Below are positions 30,415 through 41,100 of a DNA stretch of 64,000 nucleotides, one piece after another. This DNA comes from a virus (lineage: Duplodnaviria; Caudoviricetes). Numbering within the stretch: the first letter of the stretch is position 1; each line of letters starts with the position of its first letter. The notes beneath the pieces are model-generated. The model was not told the origin of the DNA, searched no databases, and saw only the letters and a program-made list of their open reading frames with translations. The stretch lies in the IMG/VR virus record IMGVR_UViG_3300044695_004869; one strand, given 5' to 3'. Made by a program: the position numbers and the translations under genes.

Positions 30415-31032
30415 TTATATCATTTCATCTTCTTCAAAATCGTTGAAACTTCCCTTAATTTCACTAGGGGAATATTCTTCAACTTCATCAGTAGTTAAAA
30501 CATATTCATTTTTTCCTGATTTTTCCATGTCATCCATCTTATCATCAAAAAATTCACTTAGTTTTTGATTAAATGGCCCCGAATCTAAACTTCTAAGTTC
30601 TAATTTTTCTTCAGGTGTTTTTGGTCTAATTTTTTCAATTTTTGTTTCTAAATTATTTACCGTATTAACTAAATTATCCATTTCACCTAATTTGGTTTCA
30701 AGATTTTTTAATTGATCAAATAAATTGTTAAAATATTCTTCTTGTTTGTCAGCAAATGTTTTTTGAGTATCAACTAAATCTGTTATGTCAAGTTCTTCAG
30801 TTTCCTTACCCACCTCTTCAACATCAGGATCATTTTCAATATCAACAGGTTGTGGAGTATTTGTTGGAGGTACGGGTGCTTCAGGAGCTATTGCGGCTTC
30901 AGGACTTACAGGGGCAACAGCCGCCGCAGGATCCGGAGCCGGTGGGGGAGGTAATTCACCTTGTTCCAAGATATACTTATTAATGTTATTATATCTTTTT
31001 ATTTCTTCTAGTATTTTTTTATCTATTGACAT
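30415..31032 (-). CDS. Acidic coiled-coil protein with a Pro/Ala-rich linker (scaffold/head-associated candidate)
   Basis: ILEEIKRY N-terminus, PPPPAPDPAAAVAP linker, heptad region and acidic tail. Confidence 0.5.
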   Translation of the reverse strand: MSIDKKILEEIKRYNNINKYILEQGELPPPPAPDPAAAVAPVSPEAAIAPEAPVPPTNTPQPVDIENDPDVEEVGKETEELDITDLVDTQKTFADKQEEYFNNLFDQLKNLETKLGEMDNLVNTVNNLETKIEKIRPKTPEEKLELRSLDSGPFNQKLSEFFDDKMDDMEKSGKNEYVLTTDEVEEYSPSEIKGSFNDFEEDEMI

Positions 31033-31033
31033 A

Positions 31034-31258
31034 TTATCCGTTTAATAATTGTTTTATTCCAGTTTTAGTTTCAACTTGAATTTTTTTATTGGTATTCATC
31101 GTGTTATCCACACGCTCAATTAACCCATCTTTCATTCTTATAGTATAACAATCACCGGTATCTAAATCACATACCTCTTTAAATCCGTTACCCGCATCTT
31201 TTTCTGACATTCTTGTATTCTTACCAAGATAATTATCTAAAATTAATTTTGTGCTCAT
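31034..31258 (-). CDS. Hypothetical protein
   Basis: 74-aa ORF with TATTTATA upstream, abutting the next gene. Confidence 0.6.
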   Translation of the reverse strand: MSTKLILDNYLGKNTRMSEKDAGNGFKEVCDLDTGDCYTIRMKDGLIERVDNTMNTNKKIQVETKTGIKQLLNG

Positions 31259-31307
31259 AGTTTTTTTTATTATAAATATCTAACAAAACGAAAAAAACAC
31301 TTTCATA

Positions 31308-34300
31308 CTATATTGATTTAACAGTATTAAACGCCTCTCTAAATTTATTTTCAACAGTTTTTTTATCTTGTTCTGTCATTTTATCATAAACATTATCAGG
31401 TTGATTAATAGGCCATCTTAATATAAATGTTTTAGCCAACGCCTTTATTTGTTCATCTTCAGTTGTTAATGGTTGATTTTTTATGTATGGTAATTTCTCT
31501 TTGAACTTAGTTATAGCAAATCTAATAAACGCAGTATCGCTAATAAAAATCGCCAAAGGTATATTTTGAGTTGTACCTTGATTTACACAATAATATTTAT
31601 TTTCCATAATTGCGGATGCTCCACCATAAGAAACATCCAATCTTATTGATCCGTAATTATGTCCATATGCTTCAAATTTGTTGGACTTATATGAATCAAT
31701 ATACATTATAGAAAATAAAAAAGCTAACATTAACGTTTGATTATCTGTTGTAATATTAGCGTTATTCATTTCAACTTTTATTATATCAACAGCGTTCTTT
31801 AAAGTTAATGTTGTTTTAACAGGAGTTTCATTAGTGTAATTAACATAAGAACTATTCAATTTATCGGAACAATTTTGATTAGTAGTTAATGATCCGTTAC
31901 CATTAACAGTATTATTTATTATATCACTTTGTTCTTGTAAAATATTACCTTCAGATTCAAGTAACGCCGTTTCTTCCTTTACAATCTGTTCTTTTATTGT
32001 TTCTAAAATTTTAGTGTTTAATGACTGTAAAAATTTATCTATCGCGGGAATACTATAAAATGGTTGTCTTTGACCCTCAAATTCAGTGTCAAAACCATTC
32101 TCACTAATTCTATGTGTTACCTTTAAAATCATATAAGGACCACTAAACATAGGAACGTTTCTTAAATTAAAGTACATCATTGGTTGAATCATTGCATTCC
32201 CTAACATATCAATGTTACACTTATAACTTCTATTTCTATAAAGGTTATATAATGAAACACTCTGTGTAGATTCACTTCTATTACGATTCAAGTTTGCCAT
32301 TTGATTTAATACTTCCAACGACTCTGTTGTCGGCATACCAGGATCTTGAGAAATGTCAAACTGTTTGAATATTTGTTGGTTTTGAGGCCCTATGTCCACA
32401 TTAAAACCAACGACTTTATTTGACTTATCCCAATCTGTTTTTCCATTTAGATTATCAAGTAAGGGATTGTCACTTGCCCTTCTTAAATCAAACGCATCAT
32501 CCCTAAAACGATAATCCACATTATCATTTAATGCTAAATGTTCACTAGGTTTGTTAGCATATAAACATAAAAACTTTGAAGTTGTTTCTCTATAGTCCAA
32601 ACTTAAAAATGTACCAAATAACGAATTAGCAAACTCTAAAGTTCCTTCGGGATTTGGTGTTGGGTTTTTACTTGCATCTTGCACATTATAAAAATTAGCG
32701 TAAGCCGGTAAAGTAAAATATGTAAAATTATTTTCAGTTAAAATTGTGGTAACCATATCTAACATGGTGTTAGTATATTTACCATACTCTATTAAATCTT
32801 TTACTTTAAAAATATCAGCATAGATTCTTTGACCAACATCCCTACTTGCTCTATCAAATAATAATATATCTTCAAATAATGTTTTTGTTTTATAATCATT
32901 ACCCGAAATAAACTTATCGTTTATAGATTTAAATGTGTCCCAAAGCTCATATCTACTTTGTTCCCCCTGTAGATCAGATTTAACACTTGTTCTATCGGGA
33001 GTGACAATAATATTTGGTAATTTATTTCTTAATCTTGTTAACTCTAAATCAATAACGGTATCAATATAATCTTCATTTTTATTTAGATAATTATTCATTA
33101 GGGTATAAAATTCACTTCTCGTAATATTACTTTTTTTAAGTTTTTGAGTCGCATAAATTTTTATAATAGGAGCAAATTGTATCACATTCTTTTCATTAAA
33201 TTGTACGTCTAAATCAATAAAGAAATCTGTTATATATGATCCGGTGTTTTTATATTGTAATTGTGGTATTTCTGAAAAACCAACATATGTCTCTAACGCC
33301 TTCCATGTTTGTGGGTTATTAGCCTTTGATTGAGCCAACGTAACAGGACTTAAAACCCCATTTGGTAATGTATTAGGTGACGATTGTTTATAACCTTGAT
33401 ATACATATGGGTCCTCAATGTATTTGTTGGAAAATGTATAAAATAATTTCTTATTAAAATTAGATGGGTTACCGTATTTCATTACAACCTCATAATTCAT
33501 AAACCCAGACAAATATGTTTTAAACGACTCAATTTGACCATTTTGTATTTCTTCTACAATTGTGTTATCAACTGTTGACGTTGGTGTTGGGACCTTCATC
33601 ATCATTCTCATTAACATTTGGAAATTTTTATACGACTTTTCACTCTCTGTTTCATCTTCCGTTATTGAGAGTATTAAAGTATCATAATCGTAAGCAGACC
33701 TACTAAAATTTAAAAATTCTATTTCTAAAATATCTAACGAATCTTTATCAAACGTTGTAAACATCTCATCCAATTTAGAATAATCACTATCGTTACCATT
33801 TATTGAGAAGTTTTCTTGTGTTGTCCCACTATTAAAAATTTGTTTAAGATAACTATCAGGATCCGGTGAAACCACTTTACTATTATTGTAATAACCATAA
33901 TTAGGGGCTTTCCAAAATAATCTAACAGAACCATTATACATTGCTGAGTTACCAATAACTTCTGTTGTTATGTTACCATTTATATTAAAACATTCATCTT
34001 TTGTTTGATTAATCAAACCCCCAAATGAAGGTAAAGGATAAACAAACGCATCATCAGTTGTTTTTACATAACAAGACCAAGGAGTTAAATTCAAAGATCT
34101 ATTATTAACAATTGGATCAAATCCATTTGGTCTATTAATAACCGATTCAGTTGTTTTAACCATAGATAATTTTGTATCTAACGCAGCCTGTATTTCTCCA
34201 CTAGTATAACCAATAGAATTTAAATTTGTAATAACAAAATTAATTACACCACCATTTTGTGTTTGATTAGGTGAAACATTATATAAACCAACCCCACCTG

Positions 34301-37300
34301 TTGTTCCATTTACTTGTGAATCAATTGTGGTTCCAAATTGTATTCCTGTACCAGAAATAACCATACCATTAATTATCTCATTAGAATTTATTGATAAGAT
34401 ATTTAATTGATTATTATTAACTATCTGACAAGTTCCATTAATTTGGAATGTCGAGTCAAATAAAGTTCTACCTTGATAGAATACGTTAAAGTCATCTATT
34501 GTTTTTGGGTAAAATCCATTATTTATTACGGTTTTTATATAGTTGTTGTTCCCAACCGTAGTATTTAAATTACCTTCTAAAATTATTTCTTGGGGGATGT
34601 TATTAATTGTAACATTATAAACCTTAGTTGTTGCACTATTAATTGGATCATAGTTATATGAATAGTTATAATCTTTCCACACATCCGTTAATATATCATT
34701 CCCCGTATCTACCCAAGTTTTATATCTATGCCAAAGTGACCCATATTTTAATACCCAAGCGTAAGGTAATTTATGTATCGCACCAAATTTTTTAATTGTT
34801 GACATTATGTAACTCAACTCATTCGTTGTGTTATTTGTGTCATCAACTAATTTATATCTTTCTTTTAGTGTTGCCAAAGGTAAACTATTTAAAAAAAGAT
34901 ATGCCGCCAATTTATATGGTGCAAGATCCGCCCCGTTATATCTAAAATTATAAACACCTTTTTGAATCGCATTTATAAAATAGGGGGTATTTAACATAGA
35001 TGTTGTCTGATCCGATAATAAATTACCGTTATAGTTTTTATAAAAAATATTTCCCTCAGTAATAAATTGATCTTTTATTTGTCTATTTTGATAAAACAAT
35101 TTTAAATTTGTTGTTATAACTGTTTGATTAAAAACACTATCAACATAATTAAAATTGGTAATTGGTTTTATAACCTGACCCTCATTAAAATTAACGATTG
35201 ATTTATTATTTAAATTATATTTTAATACATCTGAAGTTTTATACACGGATTGAGTATTTTGTAATATCGTTCCATTTGCCAAATAATTGTTATCCCATTT
35301 TAAATTTGTTAATGGATATAAATCACATATATCATATGTTTCGGGAACATTATCAACACCAAAATATTTTTCAACTAATTCACTATTTTCTAAACCAACA
35401 TTTGGTTGTGAAACACCATTATTTAATATTTTTCCATCTAAAAGTTCAAAAGGATTAATTGTTTCATTTTTAATATATGTCGTATTAAATTCACCTCTAA
35501 TGAAGTTTTGCCATGATTGACCCTCACCTTGATTAGATATATGTCTCAAAAACCCTAAATAAACTTGTGAGTTGATATTATACTCTTTTAATTTTTTAGT
35601 TAAAAATGGATTATCATCTCCCAATGCCTTTATAATATCTGTAACCTCAGCCTCCGCAGAATAAAAACTCATATTATAAATTTTACCTGAATCCCTACTC
35701 ATTAAACTATAAAAAGAATTCAACATTAATCTCTCATAAATCTCATAGAAAAATTTAACTTCTTCCGTATTTTGGAATACTTGGTTGTTAATCGGGAATT
35801 CAATCGCGTTAAAACTTAATCTATCGGGTCTTGTAAGTCCATTATTTGTATATTCAGGATCCGGTATTGGTAATTCTCTCTCCGTATATCCTTTTATAAA
35901 TTCTTCAACAAATTCAACTTCAGGCCATATTTCAGGAATAAACGCTTTTAATTTACTTGCCAACACAGGATCACCGGGATATTTTAATTCATATTTTTCT
36001 CCCCCATCATTTTTTGTATTTTCAACAATTAATTGAGGCCAAGGATAAATTGGTGTGCTCTCTACACCATCCCCTTTTATATCAACACTAGGTACTGTTG
36101 AGTTACTTCCAAATACCGCTTCTTTACGATACGGGTCTTCTCTTAAATTCCAAGCCTTAGTATGAACATCATCCATTAAACGTAAAAACGCTTCACCTTG
36201 AGCAAAAAATACCGCAAGAATATTTCTCATCGTTGGAGCAAATCCAATTCCCGTTGAGGTATCACTCATTTGATCGGCTAATTGTGTCGTTAAACTTTCT
36301 TCAATTGATTGTCTCGCAGTTTGATACTTTTGTTGAATTTTCTTTGTAAAATCCATAAAATACCCTTTTCCCTCAAATTGATAGTTTTTGTTCTTTTGGA
36401 ATTCTATTTTTAATGTTTTTGTAAATGCCGCAACTTCAGATGGATTACCAGGTAATTCTTTATTTGTTCTAATATAATATGTTTTATTTATATTGATATC
36501 ATCAAATTTTGCTTTAGTAATACAACTTTCTAAATCAATTTTATTTGGTATATAGTTTGGTTGATTTAAACCAAGTGTTTTATTTTTAGATAAAGCAAGA
36601 TTGAACTTTTTGATTATACCATTAAGTTCATTTAATGGTGCTGTTTGTTTTGCGGGATCATCTCTATATTCTTTTTTCCATTGATAAACATAGTCACCAC
36701 TATCTTTAAGGATATAAACATTAGTTTGATCTAAATATGTTTTTGCCCAAGAATCTGGGGTATAAAAAAATACATAACCCTCATATTCAGTTAATTGCGT
36801 TTCATAGTCATTCAAATCGTTTAATACATTTAAGTTAGTTTTTTTAAAACTATCTATAATGTTTTTAATAAATCTATCTAACCTATATTTTAATTGTTGT
36901 ATTGTTATTTCAGGAAAGTTATCATCAATTAAACCTTTTGATTTATATTCAGAGTATAACTCTTTCATTTTTTGATATCCCTCACTTGCAAAAGATTTTA
37001 CAACTGAGGTTGAATCATTAGTACTACTATTAGGTTTTGTTTGGTTTGTTGACACAATAGATTTATACATTAATGGAGTACCCATCATTGCTCCGTAACT
37101 AACGTGAGACATAATTGTATACTTATATGTCTTCATTTCTAATCTCACTCTAAAATTTCCTGTACTTGGATCAAAAGATGATCCGAATTTTTCTAACATT
37201 AATGGTAATCTAACCGCTTTACCCAAATATCCTTTTATTGTTAAATAAAATAATGGATATGGGAATTGGAAGAAAGCCGCGTAAGGAGAATTATTACCCC

Positions 37301-37823
37301 CCTCAAATAAAGATCTACCTTTAACATCCTCAAGGGTAATATCAATCGTAGGTACGAAATCTAACCCACAAGTATAGTTTATTTGTGTTATACCTAATAA
37401 CCCATTATCTACAGCACCAGGTACACCATTAGAAACTAAACTTTGACTAAAATAAAAATCATCAGGTTTATCAGGATTAACACTAACCGACTTTCTTGGT
37501 TGATTTACCCCCTCACCTTTTAATGTATTCTTACCCGTTAATTCATCTGACCATCCATTATCTAAAAACTTTTTAAAACCGGGGTTTAAGAAATTTATTT
37601 TTCCAACAGATATTGTTTTAACTGACTCGTTCAATGAAACCCCCAACGCTAACTTTGTTCTTGGTAGAACTGAGCATTCTAAATTTGCATAGAACACAAG
37701 ATTTTCGTGATCTATAAGTCGCTCTTTTGGTCTACCTTCTTCATCAATAACTTTGTTTGGATCAATAACTGATATGTTTTGGTAGTCAAATTCAACTAAT
37801 ATATTCTCTCCGTTATTTACCAT
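31308..37823 (-). CDS. Very large baseplate hub protein (gp27/gpD/VgrG-like core with accessory domains)
   Basis: N-terminal GITQI...PTIDITLEDVKG and late MLGNAMIQPMMYFNLRNVPMFSGPYMILKVTHRI..GFDTEFEG match the hub/late-control-D pattern. It follows the gp53/LysM-like gene. Confidence 0.65.
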   Translation of the reverse strand: MVNNGENILVEFDYQNISVIDPNKVIDEEGRPKERLIDHENLVFYANLECSVLPRTKLALGVSLNESVKTISVGKINFLNPGFKKFLDNGWSDELTGKNTLKGEGVNQPRKSVSVNPDKPDDFYFSQSLVSNGVPGAVDNGLLGITQINYTCGLDFVPTIDITLEDVKGRSLFEGGNNSPYAAFFQFPYPLFYLTIKGYLGKAVRLPLMLEKFGSSFDPSTGNFRVRLEMKTYKYTIMSHVSYGAMMGTPLMYKSIVSTNQTKPNSSTNDSTSVVKSFASEGYQKMKELYSEYKSKGLIDDNFPEITIQQLKYRLDRFIKNIIDSFKKTNLNVLNDLNDYETQLTEYEGYVFFYTPDSWAKTYLDQTNVYILKDSGDYVYQWKKEYRDDPAKQTAPLNELNGIIKKFNLALSKNKTLGLNQPNYIPNKIDLESCITKAKFDDININKTYYIRTNKELPGNPSEVAAFTKTLKIEFQKNKNYQFEGKGYFMDFTKKIQQKYQTARQSIEESLTTQLADQMSDTSTGIGFAPTMRNILAVFFAQGEAFLRLMDDVHTKAWNLREDPYRKEAVFGSNSTVPSVDIKGDGVESTPIYPWPQLIVENTKNDGGEKYELKYPGDPVLASKLKAFIPEIWPEVEFVEEFIKGYTERELPIPDPEYTNNGLTRPDRLSFNAIEFPINNQVFQNTEEVKFFYEIYERLMLNSFYSLMSRDSGKIYNMSFYSAEAEVTDIIKALGDDNPFLTKKLKEYNINSQVYLGFLRHISNQGEGQSWQNFIRGEFNTTYIKNETINPFELLDGKILNNGVSQPNVGLENSELVEKYFGVDNVPETYDICDLYPLTNLKWDNNYLANGTILQNTQSVYKTSDVLKYNLNNKSIVNFNEGQVIKPITNFNYVDSVFNQTVITTNLKLFYQNRQIKDQFITEGNIFYKNYNGNLLSDQTTSMLNTPYFINAIQKGVYNFRYNGADLAPYKLAAYLFLNSLPLATLKERYKLVDDTNNTTNELSYIMSTIKKFGAIHKLPYAWVLKYGSLWHRYKTWVDTGNDILTDVWKDYNYSYNYDPINSATTKVYNVTINNIPQEIILEGNLNTTVGNNNYIKTVINNGFYPKTIDDFNVFYQGRTLFDSTFQINGTCQIVNNNQLNILSINSNEIINGMVISGTGIQFGTTIDSQVNGTTGGVGLYNVSPNQTQNGGVINFVITNLNSIGYTSGEIQAALDTKLSMVKTTESVINRPNGFDPIVNNRSLNLTPWSCYVKTTDDAFVYPLPSFGGLINQTKDECFNINGNITTEVIGNSAMYNGSVRLFWKAPNYGYYNNSKVVSPDPDSYLKQIFNSGTTQENFSINGNDSDYSKLDEMFTTFDKDSLDILEIEFLNFSRSAYDYDTLILSITEDETESEKSYKNFQMLMRMMMKVPTPTSTVDNTIVEEIQNGQIESFKTYLSGFMNYEVVMKYGNPSNFNKKLFYTFSNKYIEDPYVYQGYKQSSPNTLPNGVLSPVTLAQSKANNPQTWKALETYVGFSEIPQLQYKNTGSYITDFFIDLDVQFNEKNVIQFAPIIKIYATQKLKKSNITRSEFYTLMNNYLNKNEDYIDTVIDLELTRLRNKLPNIIVTPDRTSVKSDLQGEQSRYELWDTFKSINDKFISGNDYKTKTLFEDILLFDRASRDVGQRIYADIFKVKDLIEYGKYTNTMLDMVTTILTENNFTYFTLPAYANFYNVQDASKNPTPNPEGTLEFANSLFGTFLSLDYRETTSKFLCLYANKPSEHLALNDNVDYRFRDDAFDLRRASDNPLLDNLNGKTDWDKSNKVVGFNVDIGPQNQQIFKQFDISQDPGMPTTESLEVLNQMANLNRNRSESTQSVSLYNLYRNRSYKCNIDMLGNAMIQPMMYFNLRNVPMFSGPYMILKVTHRISENGFDTEFEGQRQPFYSIPAIDKFLQSLNTKILETIKEQIVKEETALLESEGNILQEQSDIINNTVNGNGSLTTNQNCSDKLNSSYVNYTNETPVKTTLTLKNAVDIIKVEMNNANITTDNQTLMLAFLFSIMYIDSYKSNKFEAYGHNYGSIRLDVSYGGASAIMENKYYCVNQGTTQNIPLAIFISDTAFIRFAITKFKEKLPYIKNQPLTTEDEQIKALAKTFILRWPINQPDNVYDKMTEQDKKTVENKFREAFNTVKSI

Positions 37824-38136
37824 AATAGAATGTGTAATTGTCTAATTCGTTTTTATAATCCTGTAATGAAGTTAGTAATGGATACGGAATAGTCAATACA
37901 GCCCCATCAGGTATGTTAAACTCAAAACCCGTATATTGGGGGTTTGCTTGTAAGATTAACCAACCAAAAAATGGTGAATTGTAATGTTGTTGTGATACCT
38001 TATCCAATCTTGAAATTCCGACTTTATAGATATATCTTTTATCCGATGATTTTGAGGGTAAGTTAATATACGGAACAACGGTTTGTTCTCCGTTTATTAA
38101 GAATGGACTATATCTATTATAATACTGTAATTGCAT
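37813..38136 (-). CDS. LysM-like baseplate wedge protein (gp53 / P2 gpX-like)
   Basis: RLDKVSQQHYNSP..GWLILQANP...IPDGAVLTIP. Confidence 0.8.
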   Translation of the reverse strand: MQLQYYNRYSPFLINGEQTVVPYINLPSKSSDKRYIYKVGISRLDKVSQQHYNSPFFGWLILQANPQYTGFEFNIPDGAVLTIPYPLLTSLQDYKNELDNYTFYYGK

Positions 38137-38138
38137 AA

Positions 38139-41100
38139 TTAATTAAATTTTACTTTACCATTGTATTTATCATCATTATTTAAATTTTGTTTAGAATATA
38201 ATTTTTTAATTCTATCAACTCCAGTCGCGTAGTTTGGTTCATTTTTATTTGTAGTATATCCAACTTTTGCTTCAAAAGGAAGTATTTCAAAACTTTGGAA
38301 CTTTTGATATTCGGGACTTGCCTCATAATCCGCAAAAATTTTGTCTTCATTATCTCTTTGTAATTTACATTTAATTTTATAAAAATCAAACCTAGCCTTT
38401 AAATCATTAACTAAATTTTCATATGGTTTTATTTTATCTAACGATGTTAAACTCTCAATAAAAGAATTGTATTTATTATCATCTAACATTATGTCTGACA
38501 TAACAATATAAAATCTTTGTTCTTCTTGTGTTGTAAATGACTTAAACCATTTATCCGGTAAGTTCCATAGATTTACGGGGGAAGGACTATATTCAATCGA
38601 TCCATTATTCATAATATAATTCGCGGACATTACATCAAAGAATTCTGTTATTGTTTTACCAACTTGGTTTGTATATACATCTAATATTGCGGTTGTAACC
38701 GTTGTTGCACTATCACCAGTTAAAGAATAAACTTTAGGTTCACCGCTTTCCAAAAGAATACCATCAAATTTTGATATAACAACATCCGTTTTTCTAAACG
38801 TATAATTAAAATTTTCTTGATAACTTGTTAAATCATTTATTGGTCCAATTATAACATTATTAATTTCAGCATTTCTTGTCCCTAAGATTTCTTCCATTTT
38901 ATTTTTAATTTGTCTTTGTTGCGCATTAGAAAATAAAGATTGTGGTTGGACAATTTCTTTAAGGACTGGCGACAATTCATTTTTACAATCTTTTACCGCC
39001 TGATCAACAATATCTTTTACTAATTTTTCAACACTGTCAGGTTTACCATAAATTTTTAATGGGGTACTGTTTTGAAATTCACTAATATTTCCATCAAAAT
39101 ATTTTCTTTTATAATTAACAAGTTGTAAAATACCATAATTACTTACATCTTTTATACTTTTTAATTGATTATAGATAGTTGAGAAAAATTCTTTGGTCCC
39201 TGTAGATAATTCAGAGATGAGGTTGTTATAATCAATCTCACCTGTCTCAATAGTTCCATCATCGTTTGCATTAGTACTTATAATTGTACCAACCGTTTGA
39301 CCACCTCTATTAGAAACCTCATTTGGTATTTGTGCAACAGTTAATGGTGCGGACCCATTTGAGATTAATTTGCCAACTATTTTCTCATCTCTTTCTGAAG
39401 TATCTTCAGTTGCAATTGCTCTTTCATCGTAGATTTCTGTGTTAGCATAATAATTAAATGATAATGCGTTTTGAAGTTGTTCTACCGGTCCCGCTAATCC
39501 ACTACCACCAATAAAATCAAAACCTAAACTAACTTTAGCAATCATAGGTTGTACTCCGATTCCCTCAGGGTTGATATCAAACACTAACGGATCATAAGTG
39601 ATACTAATACTGTTAGGTATAATTTTAGTATGGTAAAAGTCACCAATTCTTAAAACTAATACAGGTGGAGCACCAAATGATGTGTTTAACGCATCATTAT
39701 GTTTTGGTCTACCATCAGGTCCGATAACCGGAATTGTTTGACCCGGTCTCATACATTGATTTAAAAATGTTAATCTCGCATTTAAACCTTCAGGTGTTGT
39801 TGAGTGAAATGCCGGACTAAAATATTTTATTTTTTCCTTAATGGTATCATATACCATAGGATTAGTTTCTTTTATAACCTCAAAATAATCACACTCACTA
39901 AACAAATATCTTAATATTTTTTTAGAAATTCCTTCTTTAACTTTTTTAATAGGATCGGGTCTTCTAACAGGTTTTGGACCAGGAGGTGTTGGAGGTGTTG
40001 GTGGAGATGGTGGACCCGGAGGTGGAGGTGGTGGTGGTCCTGGAGGTGGTGATGGAGGTGGTGGTGGTCCCGGAGGTGGTGATGGAGGTTTAGGTACACT
40101 TGGTTCTATTCTTGCAATACGAACTCTCCTACAAGCCATTGCAGGTATTGAGTACCACTGAGCAATACTTGAATTATTAATATCACCTGATGTTGGATTT
40201 TCTGTTGGTGTCATCGTAATATTTTTTGTACAATCAACCTCTTCAAATATACTTCCATCTTTTTGTGGTATTGTTATTTCTTCCCCATTAAAATTTTCAA
40301 TAAAAGTTATTTTACCTTCACTTTCTAAAGTGGCAATAGTTTTATCACCAATTGTTTGATTCCTAAACCATTGTGTTACCGAATTTATTCTTCTTTTAGA
40401 AAGGTTTCTATTATAATTAATTTTAGCAGGAGCAGAAGCCGACCCTTGTAATTCTATTTTAACCGAACCATTTTTATCTACAATAATTTCTTTTAATTTA
40501 TTTAAAAAATCCGTTTGAATTGTCTGATAATTCCCAATAATTATATCATTATAGAATTTTTGTATAACACTTTTATTTTCGTACTTTTTAGTACCAACAT
40601 ATACATATTCAGGTGGGTTAGTTATATATTTAGTTCCTTTTACTGAAAGATACTGATTATACCAATAATCATATGGTTGACTCGCGGTAACCGCTTCACT
40701 ATATTGCCCTTCAGGATAATCATTATCAAAATAGAATGAATAATCTATAAACTTTTCAATACTTGTTATATCAACACTTTCTGTTTCATCCGTATTAATT
40801 GTATCATTATCTTCATTTTCAGGACCGGGTTCCGACCCATCACCACCTTCAGTATTACCATTACCATTAGTACCAATATTAGTTGACTTATCTTTACTAA
40901 TATTAGAATATATTGAACCCAACTCTTCCTCAGTTAATCTTGGTTCATTTAATAATTGTTGGTAAGTATATAACTCACTCGTCGGAATAGTATTAAACTT
41001 AGCCGCTAAATCATATATGTCGTATTTAACACATCCCGCAAAGAATGAATCAATAATTGAATCAACTTCTTTAGCCGGTCTATTCGCCAATTGTTTCTCA

